DNA of 64,000 nucleotides from Nitrospinales bacterium (GTDB lineage Bacteria > Nitrospinota > Nitrospinia > Nitrospinales > VA-1). The position numbers were made by a program, and so were the translations under genes. The first letter of the stretch is position 1. Each line of letters starts with the position of its first letter. The notes beneath the pieces were generated by a model. That model was not told the origin of the DNA. It did no database searches and saw only the letters and a list, made by a program, of their open reading frames with translations. Of the stretch, positions 32,165-43,037 are shown one piece after another. The stretch spans positions 2,272,001 to 2,336,000 of the forward strand of contig OZ253496.1 in NCBI GenBank assembly GCA_965262115.1, read 5' to 3'.

Positions 32165-32479
32165 ATGATAGCAGTGGTTAAAACGGGTGGCAAGCAATAC
32201 AAGATATCAGAAGGCGATGTCATCCAGGTTGAAAAGCTGGAAGCTAATGTTGGAGAAACCATTAACCTGGATAAGGTTCTTATCTGTGGGGAAGGTAGTT
32301 CGATTAAAGTCGGCACTCCATACTTAAAGGGTTGCACTGTAGCCTGCGAGGTTACCGAACAATTGAGAGGCAAGAAAATTATTGTTTTTAAGAAACATCG
32401 GAGAAAAGATTACCGGCGCAAGAATGGCCATCGCCAGTCCTTGACACGCTTGAAAATAACCGGAATTACTGCTCCATAA
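32165..32479 (+). CDS. rplU: 50S ribosomal protein L21
   Basis: KTGGKQYKI...GHRQSLT. Confidence 0.97.
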   Translation: MIAVVKTGGKQYKISEGDVIQVEKLEANVGETINLDKVLICGEGSSIKVGTPYLKGCTVACEVTEQLRGKKIIVFKKHRRKDYRRKNGHRQSLTRLKITGITAP

Positions 32480-32491
32480 CCAGAGGAAATC

Positions 32492-32755
32492 ATGGCACAT
32501 AAAAAAGGACAAGGCAGTACTTCAAACGGCCGTGACAGCCGAGGTCAAAGGTTGGGTGTGAAGCGGTTTGGAGGTCAGGCCGTCAAAGCAGGGGAAATAT
32601 TGGTTCGCCAGCGTGGTACCCACTTCCACCCGGGAAGCAATGTGGGGTTGGGCAGTGATTATACGATTTTTTCTAAAATTGCGGGTGTGGTCAAATTTGA
32701 ATATCGGAACCGCAAAACGCAAAAGATAAGCGTCTACCCACAAACACAACACTGA
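32492..32755 (+). CDS. rpmA: 50S ribosomal protein L27
   Basis: [16 protein letters not shown]. Confidence 0.98.
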   Translation: MAHKKGQGSTSNGRDSRGQRLGVKRFGGQAVKAGEILVRQRGTHFHPGSNVGLGSDYTIFSKIAGVVKFEYRNRKTQKISVYPQTQH

Positions 32756-32921
32756 ACACGTCTCAATTCCCGCCCACTCGGCGTGGCCAGCGTGACGCCC
32801 GGCGAGCCGCCGTTGGCAGATAGCGATTGCTTTCCCAGCTAACTAAAATCATCTCGGTTTGTGATACCCTCTTCCTTTCCCATTTTTCAAAACCGAACAA
32901 TTAAAGAGCTCTTTTAAATGA

Positions 32922-33977
<1,056 letters not shown>

Positions 33978-34002
33978 ACCTGAAACCCGCTTTATTACTG
34001 GA

Positions 34003-34254
34003 TCACAAAATCCTTAAATTTAATTTTTTTGACCCGGCCATCACTGTCAATTTTTTTGTTATGTGCGGTTTGAAGCCCCCTCCCCCAGAACTATTGGGAA
34101 GTGGAGAATCTGAGTGGCCCGCTAGGCTTCTCTCCGGTGTAACCAGAACACTATTCTGGCATTCGGTGCACTTGACCTCGGCCCTTTCTTCGATCAGGTC
34201 GGGGAGACCGGCATCAAAACTGGCTTGGCAATCCGGGCAAGATATTTTTATAAT
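34003..34254 (-). CDS. zinc-ribbon (CxxC...CxxC) protein or remnant; no canonical start
   Basis: manual translation (ATT)IKISCPDCQASFDAGLPDLIEERAEVKCTECQ...; absent from the ORF track. Confidence 0.55.
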   Translation of the reverse strand: MIKISCPDCQASFDAGLPDLIEERAEVKCTECQNSVLVTPERSLAGHSDSPLPNSSGGGGFKPHITKKLTVMAGSKKLNLRIL

Positions 34255-34362
34255 GCAATAAAAATCAAATATTTACGTAGATATTATATTTTTTATGCAA
34301 TAAAAAGTAAATGTCTAACCCCCCCCGTCCGAGCTTTCCTCTGACAGCCGGAAGAAGCTAAG

Positions 34363-34391
34363 TTGACAAGGTACCGCAGCTTCATTATAAT
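34363..34391 (+). promoter_or_regulatory. perfect-consensus sigma70 promoter
   Basis: TTGACA-17 nt-TATAAT. Confidence 0.8.
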
Positions 34392-34524
34392 TACCTATAG
34401 GGTTGGAGAAACCCGGATGTTAAAATCCATAGGCATAAAGCCTCCACGCCTTTTTCATTCGTGCCGCTTACGTCCCCAGGTTAAATTTATTTACTTTAAA
34501 AAGCTCTAAGCCGTTAAGAAAAAT

Positions 34525-35196
34525 ATGACCTTTTACAAAGCACAACAGATTGTAATTCCGCTTTTTCTGGTTCTGGCGTTTACAGGGTTCTTTACGGGCA
34601 AAACCCCTCAATACGTTAGTGGATTATCACCATTCTTTTCTGCGGTAAGCCGGGTGGAGGAGGGTGTGTTCCATAAGGCAAAAGAAGCACGTTTTCAAAA
34701 TGAGCTGGCCTACGACAACCGTATTCGGGAAAAGATACGCCGGATCATTTCTGATTATAACACAGGGCTGGATGAAACCAGTTCTATGCTGATTCCTGAA
34801 TGGATTTTGGCGGAAAGCAGGAAATACGGATACGATCCACTATTTCTCACTGCATTGATCATTACCGAGAGTTCTTTCTACAATTGGGCGAAGTCAAACC
34901 GGGGTGCGCATGGCTTGATGCAGTTGAAACCGGCTACGGCCATCGCGTTGGCGTCCGAAACCCGTTTGAAATGGAAGGGAACCCCCACCCTGTATGACCC
35001 CAGAAAGAATATAGCTTTAGGGGCTTATTACCTGAACAAGATGGTAGCCAGGTTTGGCGATCTAACCCTTGCCCTGGAGGCTTATAATCAGGGCCCGTCG
35101 CGGTTGAGTCGATTTCTCCGGAAAGGCTATCTTCCTCATCGTTATTCCAGGAAAGTTCTGAAAAACTACAGAAAAATCCGTTTCCAGCCCATTTAG
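34525..35196 (+). CDS. lytic transglycosylase (SLT domain)
   Basis: IITESSF, GAHGLMQL, AYNQG. Confidence 0.92.
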   Translation: MTFYKAQQIVIPLFLVLAFTGFFTGKTPQYVSGLSPFFSAVSRVEEGVFHKAKEARFQNELAYDNRIREKIRRIISDYNTGLDETSSMLIPEWILAESRKYGYDPLFLTALIITESSFYNWAKSNRGAHGLMQLKPATAIALASETRLKWKGTPTLYDPRKNIALGAYYLNKMVARFGDLTLALEAYNQGPSRLSRFLRKGYLPHRYSRKVLKNYRKIRFQPI

Positions 35197-35212
35197 GGCG
35201 GCCACGAATGGA

Positions 35213-35650
35213 ATGTTTTGGCAGGGTCGCTCTCAATTTGGTTTGACTTATATGGATTCATTCAGGCAATTTACATATCCGAAAGCCTTTTCGAAGAGAA
35301 CGGTGGGTTTTGCAAAGCAGGGCCTTATGGTTGCCTTGTTTCTTGTATCATTATCTGGATGTACCAATAAGGATGTTGAAAAAGCGTTTAAGGGGGATCT
35401 TCGTCCGGGAAAAGCTAATAAGATAATAGGCGAGTACTGCCAAAGTTGCCATGTCCACAAAGATTTTGATCCTCCCCTGCATGTTTCAAAAGTCAGAAAC
35501 CTTTATAATCGCCCGGTTTTTAAAAAAGCCCGGGAATGCGGATCCTGCCATTATATTGAAAAAAACTGGATGCATAACCAGCATGAACGTAAAACTCGAA
35601 TGCCGAAAGACGCGAACCGGGGAAAGTTCAAGAAGTTTGAGAAAAAATAA
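35213..35650 (+). CDS. di-heme c-type cytochrome lipoprotein (start uncertain)
   Basis: LSGC lipobox; CQSCH and CGSCH. Confidence 0.75.
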   Translation: MFWQGRSQFGLTYMDSFRQFTYPKAFSKRTVGFAKQGLMVALFLVSLSGCTNKDVEKAFKGDLRPGKANKIIGEYCQSCHVHKDFDPPLHVSKVRNLYNRPVFKKARECGSCHYIEKNWMHNQHERKTRMPKDANRGKFKKFEKK

Positions 35651-35778
35651 CTGAGTCGAAAGCGCAGAGGTTGATCGCCCTCCTGAAAAAAAATTCAAAA
35701 TTCCTTTTTTGAAAATCAGAATAATCCGATTAGTATGTAATCAGTGGGCAATGCGAGAAAGCATAAATAAAGCCACGA

Positions 35779-37800
35779 ATGTTTATTTCCCAGCGTCGAG
35801 GTTGGCCTGGAAGAGAGAATGGGATATTTAGTGAAGCTTTTTTTAAATGTGGAGTTTTGCTGGTCGGAATTTTTTGGGTTATGGCGCCTGAAGTTTTTGC
35901 GTTTTCCATTGGAGAGTTCCAGGTTAAAAGCAAGTTTGGTGAAAAATTTAATGCTTCCTTAGAAATCGTTTTGGATTCCGAAGAGCCTGTGGAAGTGAGT
36001 CTGGGGGATGTGGATGACTACAACAAGCTGGGGATTGACAGGCAGGATATTGTCGATACTCTGGTTCTGGACTCCGTTCAATCTGATAGTGGACTGAAAA
36101 ATACCGTTCACATCCGTTCCAACAATCCTTTATTTTTTCCTTCGTTCAACCTTGTGATTCGGGTAACCCACAACGGGGGTACCTTGCTGGAAAATTTTCT
36201 GGTCATAGTGGATTTTCAGCAAAGCCTGGCCTTGAACGTCCAGGGAAAGAAAAAAAAGACCCCTCTCGAAAAACTTCCCAAACCTGAACCCCAACAAGAA
36301 CCTGCGGTAAGTCAGGAAAAGGCTCCACGACCTCCAGAGACACAACAGTTGGTAAAGGATGAGTCAGACGCCAAAAAAACGCAGGAGGTGAATCCAGAAA
36401 GTCGAACCCCTGAGACCCCTGAAGATAAGGTTCCCTCTGAGGAGTCCGAGGGCTTGCCGACGGAGTCCATTGTCCCGGTTCCTGCCAAGGCCCAAGTGGT
36501 ACACCGAAGGCGTCTTTCAGGCGTTATCTGGGCTAATTCCAGGCCCAAGCCCGAATTTATAACCGCAGAGACGAAAAAGACCCGTTCGGAAATTGTGCAA
36601 GGTTTGTCGGCCTCAGAGGATGCGTATGTTTTGCAAAAAGGGGAGGGGTTGTTTTCGATTGCCAGAAAACTCAAGGTTGGCAATTACCACCCGGCACAGA
36701 TTGCAGCCGCCATCTGGATGAAGAATATTGATAAATTTATATTTGGCAATATCCACGGCATTCGGGAAGGAGTTCAATTGGATCTGAAAAATCTGGAAGA
36801 ACATGTTTCCGGGATCGATCTTCAGACCGCAAGAAGTATTTTGAAAAACCAGGCTGTAGAATGGAAACTTACAAAGAGTGCTACTCCGGCTGAGGTGAAA
36901 ATCTCAACGATTCCTGAAATACCATTACCTTCGGAAAGATTAGAAGACCTTGCCGATCTGTTTGAACAGGTTAAGGGTTGGCAGGCCACTTGGGAAAACA
37001 TGGACATAGAAGGACATCTGGCTTATTACCAGGTTTTGGAAACTGAAAATCCGTTTCTGACCCATAAAAAGAAGTTGTTGGCCCGATACTCTAAACCGCG
37101 TCTTGAAACGTCCTCCAAATTGATGATGTTGAAAGAAGGAGTTCCAATGGTATTTTTTACACAGGCTTTTTCATCTGAAAACTTGAAAAGCTGGGGACTG
37201 AAAGAACTTGAATGGACTCGCTCCCAATCGGGTTGGAAAATACGCGGGGAAAATTTTTACGAATGGTTTTCTCGTTCAGGGGAGGAATCTTTTGAAAACC
37301 AGGCGGGTTGGGATGATCGTGTCAATGCAGAAAAGACCCTCTCTTTTGTCATTCATGTCTCCAGTCATTCCAACGAACCTTCGGCACTTTCTTTGACGAA
37401 CCGGTTGCGGGAAAACGGGTTCGATGCTTATTGGGCTCCAGTCAGAATGTCGAAGGACACCTTTATTTACCGAGTTTATGTGGGACGATTCTCAGATTGG
37501 AATCAAGCTCACAGAGTGGTTCGAATATTGAGAAAAAAACCTTTCGGGGGCCACGCGACAGCGATTACCTATCCCTATGCGTTGCAGGTCGGAGAAGCCA
37601 AGTCTTTGCAAGAGGCGAGAGTGTTATTGGAATCTTTGAGGAAATCCGGGTTGTCGGGTTTGTTGCTGGTTTCCTATAATGAGCCGACCGGGGTCCATTT
37701 TCGCGTGGTAGTAGGGGCTTTTAAAAAGGCAGATAATGCGACATGGATGCTTCAGCAACTGCAACAGTCTGGCTTTAACGGTGAGTTGATGTTCCCCTAG
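35779..37800 (+). CDS. FimV-like N-terminus / LysM-like / SPOR-domain periplasmic protein
   Basis: FSIGEFQVKSKFGEKFNA; YVLQKGEGLFSIA; two C-terminal SPOR repeats (YRVYVGRF, FRVVVGAF). Confidence 0.75.
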   Translation: MFISQRRGWPGRENGIFSEAFFKCGVLLVGIFWVMAPEVFAFSIGEFQVKSKFGEKFNASLEIVLDSEEPVEVSLGDVDDYNKLGIDRQDIVDTLVLDSVQSDSGLKNTVHIRSNNPLFFPSFNLVIRVTHNGGTLLENFLVIVDFQQSLALNVQGKKKKTPLEKLPKPEPQQEPAVSQEKAPRPPETQQLVKDESDAKKTQEVNPESRTPETPEDKVPSEESEGLPTESIVPVPAKAQVVHRRRLSGVIWANSRPKPEFITAETKKTRSEIVQGLSASEDAYVLQKGEGLFSIARKLKVGNYHPAQIAAAIWMKNIDKFIFGNIHGIREGVQLDLKNLEEHVSGIDLQTARSILKNQAVEWKLTKSATPAEVKISTIPEIPLPSERLEDLADLFEQVKGWQATWENMDIEGHLAYYQVLETENPFLTHKKKLLARYSKPRLETSSKLMMLKEGVPMVFFTQAFSSENLKSWGLKELEWTRSQSGWKIRGENFYEWFSRSGEESFENQAGWDDRVNAEKTLSFVIHVSSHSNEPSALSLTNRLRENGFDAYWAPVRMSKDTFIYRVYVGRFSDWNQAHRVVRILRKKPFGGHATAITYPYALQVGEAKSLQEARVLLESLRKSGLSGLLLVSYNEPTGVHFRVVVGAFKKADNATWMLQQLQQSGFNGELMFP

Positions 37801-37805
37801 AAATG

Positions 37806-38052
37806 GAGAGCTTTGCATAACTCCGAGATTACCCTTTCAGGGCACGAAAGTTTTGGTGAAATATCACGTCTTCGTCACCTTGTTCCTCAGAATGACAAAA
37901 TGGCCCAGTATTGTCATGCTGAGCAGTGATATTCGACCTTTGCCTTCATGCCCCGTAGGGGTATGTGATATCCTCTTCATTAAACTTCATGCCCCGTAGG
38001 GGTATCTCGAAGCATCTCGATTCTTCGATTTTTTGACTTATGCAAAGGTCTC
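37806..38052. mobile_element. MITE copy 2 carrying three ~40-bp units
   Basis: same ends as copy 1; perfect 9-bp TSD CTAGAAATG; units at 37830-37868(-), 37925-37963, 37964-38004. Confidence 0.92.
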
Positions 38053-38096
38053 CTAGAAATGCGGGGGAAGGTTCAAATCAGACTGAAGGAGAAAAC

Positions 38097-38129
38097 AAAA
38101 AAACCGCTCACTTTTCAGTGAGCGGTTTT
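38097..38129 (-). terminator. intrinsic terminator after hup
   Basis: AAAACCGCTCAC-TTTTCA-GTGAGCGGTTTT. Confidence 0.75.
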
Positions 38130-38146
38130 AATTTTGGACGAAAAAG

Positions 38147-38425
38147 CTATAGGGAGTTTTTCAATGTAGGAGCAGGTTTAAAACCAACCGTTTTACTGGC
38201 TTTAATTTTGATTTCCTCACCCGTTTGAGGATTCCGGCCTTTTCTTGCTTTTCGGTTTCGAACCGTAAAGGTTCCAAAGCTGGGGTAGGCGAACCGTTTT
38301 TCTTTTTTTACCCCTTTAGAAATAGCTTCGAAGGTGGCATCAATCACATCTCCGGCCAATCGCTTGGTCAGGCCATCGTTTTTACAACTTTTAATTACCG
38401 CATTGATTAATTCGTCTTTAGTCAA
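38147..38425 (-). CDS. hup: DNA-binding protein HU
   Basis: FGTF.VR.RKARKGRNPQTGEEI.I; GGAGG RBS, TTG start. Confidence 0.95.
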   Translation of the reverse strand: MTKDELINAVIKSCKNDGLTKRLAGDVIDATFEAISKGVKKEKRFAYPSFGTFTVRNRKARKGRNPQTGEEIKIKASKTVGFKPAPTLKNSL

Positions 38426-38534
38426 GGTTCATCCCCTCCTCTCAAATCATTATAAGGCTGGTGCATTATTATGAAACCCGCATCAAATGTCAAATAAAAA
38501 AACGGGATAGTATCCATTTTAGCCCTTTATTGAG

Positions 38535-38642
38535 GAGACCTTTGCATAACCCCGAGACCATCATTGATCCTCCCCTCTCATGAGGGGAGGATCAGATCAA
38601 TTCATGCCCCGCAGGGGTAATCTCGGGTTATGCAAAGGTCTC
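38535..38642. mobile_element. MITE copy 3 (22-bp perfect TIR, different cargo)
   Basis: GAGACCTTTGCATAACCCGAGA...TCTCGGGTTATGCAAAGGTCTC; perfect TSD TTTATTGAG. Confidence 0.92.
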
Positions 38643-38801
38643 TTTATTGAGGGGCGAATTCGACCCCCTACCTTGAGTGTGATAAAATAAGATTTGTGTT
38701 ATTAGGAGGCATGGACCCATATTTTATTCTGACCAGTAGTAAAAAAACTGGTATTTTAAATATGTATTGAGAGAAACCACACATGAACTCAGAGGTTGGA
38801 T

Positions 38802-39353
38802 ATGGCAGTGCTGAAAGTCGCTAAATTGGGCAACCCTGTTTTGAGGCAGGTCGCCAAGCAAGTGGATTTAAAAGAGTTGGCCGATCAGCAAGGCGAATTG
38901 CAGAACTTGGTAGACGATATGATCGACACCATGCGTGAGGAGGAGGGTGTCGGTCTGGCTGCTCCGCAGGTCAATCGTTCCCTGCAAATTGTGGTGCTGG
39001 AGTATGAGAGTAATGAGAGATATCCGGGAGAATCCCCCATCCCCGTGACCGCCCTGATCAATCCTGTATTGTCGGATTACAGTGAGGAAAATGCTTTGGG
39101 ATGGGAAAGTTGTTTGAGTCTCATTGATTTCAGGGTACTGGTTCGAAGATCCAAATCAGTGACGCTCAACGCTTATGATCGGGAAGGCAATAAGATAGAG
39201 AAACGGGCAACCGGTTTTGAGGCGGTGGTTTTACAACATGAAATTGACCACTTGAACGGTAAGGTATTCCTGGACCGAATGGAGGATCTCACTCAATTGG
39301 CTTATCAGGAAGAATTCGAAAAATTCTGGATTAAAAAAGATCCGGTTCTATAA
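38802..39353 (+). CDS. def: peptide deformylase
   Basis: GVGLAAPQV, ESCLS, QHEIDHL. Confidence 0.95.
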   Translation: MAVLKVAKLGNPVLRQVAKQVDLKELADQQGELQNLVDDMIDTMREEEGVGLAAPQVNRSLQIVVLEYESNERYPGESPIPVTALINPVLSDYSEENALGWESCLSLIDFRVLVRRSKSVTLNAYDREGNKIEKRATGFEAVVLQHEIDHLNGKVFLDRMEDLTQLAYQEEFEKFWIKKDPVL

Positions 39354-39361
39354 AAGGAGAG

Positions 39362-39712
39362 ATGGTATTGGACAACTCCTTGGAAGAAGAGATATTGCAT
39401 CTGTATCAGGAGCCGGGGATTGGTGCTTCCTACAGCAATACCTACGGTGAAGAGAATATCCAAAATCTGGTCGGCAAGTACCGCAGTCTCAAAGATGAGA
39501 GTATGCGGGAGATGCTGGAAATGCTGATCCGTTTTTCCCGGTCCAGCGATTTGGCGACCTGTTTCGTTTCGGTGGGGGTCCTGCACGCTTTGGGGAAAAA
39601 TGAAGATGTTCAAGAAGCCTACCGATGGGCCAAAACCCAGGACGACCCGGCACGGATCATCAGTCATTTCGATATTGGAAAGTCAGTTGCCGATTATTTC
39701 ACCTCGGCCTGA
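39362..39712 (+). CDS. hypothetical protein
   Basis: AAGGAG RBS, directly downstream of def. Confidence 0.65.
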   Translation: MVLDNSLEEEILHLYQEPGIGASYSNTYGEENIQNLVGKYRSLKDESMREMLEMLIRFSRSSDLATCFVSVGVLHALGKNEDVQEAYRWAKTQDDPARIISHFDIGKSVADYFTSA

Positions 39713-41031
39713 ATTTTGCCATCTCCTGCTCCAGGAGTTGGGTTGAACCCGCTTGGGTCAACGGGGCATATCGAGCCGACGCATTCCCCCTGCTTTAACC
39801 TGTTACGGAGAAAGATCAGGAACCCGGACCATAAAATCCCCGGTAGGGTGACCAGCCCTGCCATCCACAAGGCAATCTGAGTGATATTCAAGCTCCATCC
39901 GTCCACGGCATAGCCCACGCCCCAATTGCTAAAGCCCATCACCAGAGTTAACAGGGCGAGTTCAAAACTGAAGACCCGGCCCAGGTAATGGTCTGGAGCG
40001 TATAGGTGGATCAAAGCCGAACTGAAAACCCAGACGATGGAGCCAAACAGGGTGGCAAGGGCCACACCGAGGGAAAGCGTCCAAAGGCTGTGGGAATAGG
40101 CGACGAATATCCATGCGCAAGCTTTCAGAAAAAATGCGCCGGCAATGGCCCATTGTAAAACCGAAGCACTTTCCCCGAAGATCCGCCTGACCAGAACGGG
40201 ACCTAAGGCGGCACCCAATCCGCGTGCGGAATAGAGAATACCGATTCCCAATGAGAGGGAACCGGACAACACCTGGCTGGCCATCAAGGGAATCAGAGTC
40301 ATGATGCCCCCTGCCACTGCCAGTCCGGCCTTTAATAATGACAACACCAGCACCATTGGTTCCGTCCATAAAAAGCGCAGAGAATCGATGAACTCCTGGT
40401 AGCCGGTTTGTTTGGGTGAATCCTTTTTCTCCGATTTTCCCTGGCTGGGAATTTTCGAAATGAACCAGGCCGAAAACAGGAAAGTGCTCGCGTCCAGGAT
40501 AAAGGCAGCTCTTATCCCGAACAAATGGACGACCACGCCACCCAAAGCGGCGCCAAAGGCCAGCATGACTGACCAGGTTGAACCGCTCAATGCGTTGGCG
40601 GTGACCAGATCTTTTTTCGGGACGAGCGAGGGAATGATTGCACTTCGGGCCGGTTCAAAAAACCCTGATAATGAAATCTCAACAATAACCAGGGCATAAA
40701 CCAGCCATAAGGCGTCCTGATCTTCCACCAGAAGAAATCCCAGCACTACCCCGCAACGCAACAGATCGCTGATAATCATCACCGTTTTTCGGTTGACACG
40801 GTCGACCACCACCCCAGCTATGGGACTGACCAGAACAATGGGCAGGAGCTTTGCCATCATCGCCACGGCCATGGCCATTCCAGAATCACTGAGTTTAAGG
40901 ATCAGTGCGTAAATGGCGATGCTGTTGAGCCAGTCTCCCAGTTCAGATACGACCTGGCCATACCACAGGTTGCGGAAGGCAGGGTTCTGGCGTAACAGGC
41001 GAAAATACCCGACTGTATTTTTGCTTTGCAT
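39694..41031 (-). CDS. MFS transporter
   Basis: GVVVDRVNRK motif A, about 12 TM segments. Confidence 0.9.
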   Translation of the reverse strand: MQSKNTVGYFRLLRQNPAFRNLWYGQVVSELGDWLNSIAIYALILKLSDSGMAMAVAMMAKLLPIVLVSPIAGVVVDRVNRKTVMIISDLLRCGVVLGFLLVEDQDALWLVYALVIVEISLSGFFEPARSAIIPSLVPKKDLVTANALSGSTWSVMLAFGAALGGVVVHLFGIRAAFILDASTFLFSAWFISKIPSQGKSEKKDSPKQTGYQEFIDSLRFLWTEPMVLVLSLLKAGLAVAGGIMTLIPLMASQVLSGSLSLGIGILYSARGLGAALGPVLVRRIFGESASVLQWAIAGAFFLKACAWIFVAYSHSLWTLSLGVALATLFGSIVWVFSSALIHLYAPDHYLGRVFSFELALLTLVMGFSNWGVGYAVDGWSLNITQIALWMAGLVTLPGILWSGFLIFLRNRLKQGECVGSICPVDPSGFNPTPGAGDGKIQAEVK

Positions 41032-41172
41032 TAAAAATTCCCGGGAAAAAACTGAAGGTGGGTGATGCGGAGCCCATACTAAAGACCCCCGCATGAATCT
41101 GCAACTGGAATTCGTTTTCGCGGTCTGGTATCTTTAAGTCACCAAAAACAGGTTTTAGCATAAAGGTGTCCC

Positions 41173-41694
41173 ATGGAAGAAGAACAACCGATATTGCAGG
41201 AAATAGATGATAAAACAGAGAAATGGACCAGAAGGGTTTCTCTGTGGGCCTCTCTATTTCTGACCACTGCTTTGGTGGTCTGGTATTACCAGGGAAATCC
41301 GCCGGATTCGCCGGAAGTGGTTAAGATGCGAATGTTTTTTAAGGAAAGAAATATAGAAGTGGGGGAGTTCATTAAAATGGACAGAAATGAGCAAATTGCA
41401 TTCGCTTATAAAAGCAAGCATCCTTTCTACAAGCGCTATATCAAGGTTTCTACTGTAGAGCAGGAAGGTATTCGTTCGCTCATCCATATATCCAGGGATT
41501 ATACGCCCAACCAGTACTGGCTCAACATCTTTTTCATGTGGGTGATGTGTTTCACCGCCTTCTGGTTTATCGGCCTGATGACCGAAGCTTGCATCGTGCT
41601 CATGCGGCGCAACTCACAAGCACGCATAAAAAACTACCAAAAGGAAAAAGAAAGAGAGCAAGGTTTAGCCCCGTCTGAAAGTGAACCCGAATAA
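41173..41694 (+). CDS. hypothetical membrane protein (2 TM)
   Basis: AAGG RBS, two hydrophobic segments. Confidence 0.65.
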   Translation: MEEEQPILQEIDDKTEKWTRRVSLWASLFLTTALVVWYYQGNPPDSPEVVKMRMFFKERNIEVGEFIKMDRNEQIAFAYKSKHPFYKRYIKVSTVEQEGIRSLIHISRDYTPNQYWLNIFFMWVMCFTAFWFIGLMTEACIVLMRRNSQARIKNYQKEKEREQGLAPSESEPE

Positions 41695-41780
41695 ACGATT
41701 AGTAATTCGTGTGTCCTTGAAGATGTCAAATAAAAGCTGCGTTAAATCTCAAAATATCGAATTATTAGAGAGCCCAAACT

Positions 41781-42608
41781 ATGGATGCCAATCAGATTCG
41801 CTTTGCGATATTTATTTCGGTATTTTTATTGATGCTGGGGTTGGAGTCGGTCATTCAACGTCATCCTACCGTTGACTCTAAAAAACGTCGGCTAAAAATC
41901 AATTTGGCTTTAACGGGCATCGATATTCTTGTGGTGCGTATTTTTTTGGGAGCAGCGGCGATGGGGGCCGCCCAATTTGCCGGGGAAAAGGGATGGGGCC
42001 TGTTCAACTACTTGCAATGGCCGGAAGGACTGGAAACCTTGCTTGTCGTTGTAATTCTCGACCTGATGATTTATATCCAGCATGTGGTGGTGCATATGAT
42101 CCCTTTTTTCTGGCGCTTTCATGTTGTGCATCATTCTGACCTCGATTTGGACGTTTCATCCGGATTACGCTTCCACCCTATAGAGATATTGGTATCCATG
42201 TTTTATAAAATTGGTTTGGTCTTTGCTCTGGGTCCCTCGCCGATAGCGGTTTTGATTTTCGAGGCGGTTCTTAATGGAATGTCCCAGTTCTCCCATTCCA
42301 ATATCACTTTGCCGGAAAAGCTTGACCGGTTGTTAAGATATGTGATTGTCACGCCGGACATGCATCGCATTCATCATTCGGTGGAGAAAAGGGAAACCAA
42401 CTCTAATTTCGGTTTTAACCTGTCTGTCTGGGACCGAGCTTTGGGAACATATATTCATGATGCGTCAAAACCGCAACCGCGGATTATAATCGGGGTCAAT
42501 GCGTTTCGCACCGGTGAGGAAGTGTCTTTGAAAAATTTATTGATGATGCCATTTCGGGAGGTTCCCGAAAGCTACACGCTTTCCCCTGAAAAAAATAAGG
42601 ATAGGTAA
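41781..42608 (+). CDS. sterol desaturase / fatty-acid hydroxylase family
   Basis: His boxes HVVVH, HVVHHSD, HRIHH; NFG. Confidence 0.9.
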   Translation: MDANQIRFAIFISVFLLMLGLESVIQRHPTVDSKKRRLKINLALTGIDILVVRIFLGAAAMGAAQFAGEKGWGLFNYLQWPEGLETLLVVVILDLMIYIQHVVVHMIPFFWRFHVVHHSDLDLDVSSGLRFHPIEILVSMFYKIGLVFALGPSPIAVLIFEAVLNGMSQFSHSNITLPEKLDRLLRYVIVTPDMHRIHHSVEKRETNSNFGFNLSVWDRALGTYIHDASKPQPRIIIGVNAFRTGEEVSLKNLLMMPFREVPESYTLSPEKNKDR

Positions 42609-42775
42609 TGGCTATCAGACTGACAAAAATCATTGCGACATTGGGCCCCGCCAGTGGCAATAAAACGGTTATCCGGAATCTGGTGAAAAAGGGGGACCGT
42701 GTGGTGATCACCACGGGAATTCCGGTCAACGTTCCCAACTGGACTAATGTGATCCGGGTGGAAGAGGTTCCCTGA
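42608..42775 (+). pseudogene. pyk: pyruvate kinase remnant: N- and C-termini joined in frame (55 aa)
   Basis: MAIRLTKIIATLGPASGNKTVIRNLV fused to KKGDRVVITTGIPVNVPNWTNVIRVEEVP*. Confidence 0.85.
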
Positions 42776-42827
42776 ATGGGGTAAGCAACCAACTTTCATT
42801 TTTAACTTTTTCCTGATAAGATTCGGT

Positions 42828-43037
42828 ATGTCTCCCCGATATTATATAGGCACTGCAATTCTGGTTGGGGTTCTCACGCTGGCGATCAGTTGGTGGAAGC
42901 AAAAACAGACCCGCCGTGAAATTTTTTGGGTTATGATTAAAGTTGTTTTTGCTTTGGCTGTAATTGTTGGGGGAGTTCTGGGTGTGGCTCAGCTCCTTGT
43001 TTTTTTTGGCGTGGCCCAATCCGGATTTTTTTTATGA
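42828..43037 (+). CDS. small membrane protein
   Basis: two hydrophobic helices. Confidence 0.6.
   Translation: MSPRYYIGTAILVGVLTLAISWWKQKQTRREIFWVMIKVVFALAVIVGGVLGVAQLLVFFGVAQSGFFL

Noticed and set aside
37925..38004. Mini-CRISPR from repeats with variable middles
   Set aside because: Variable parts are only 12-14 nt and related to each other; the units are dispersed, inverted and nested.
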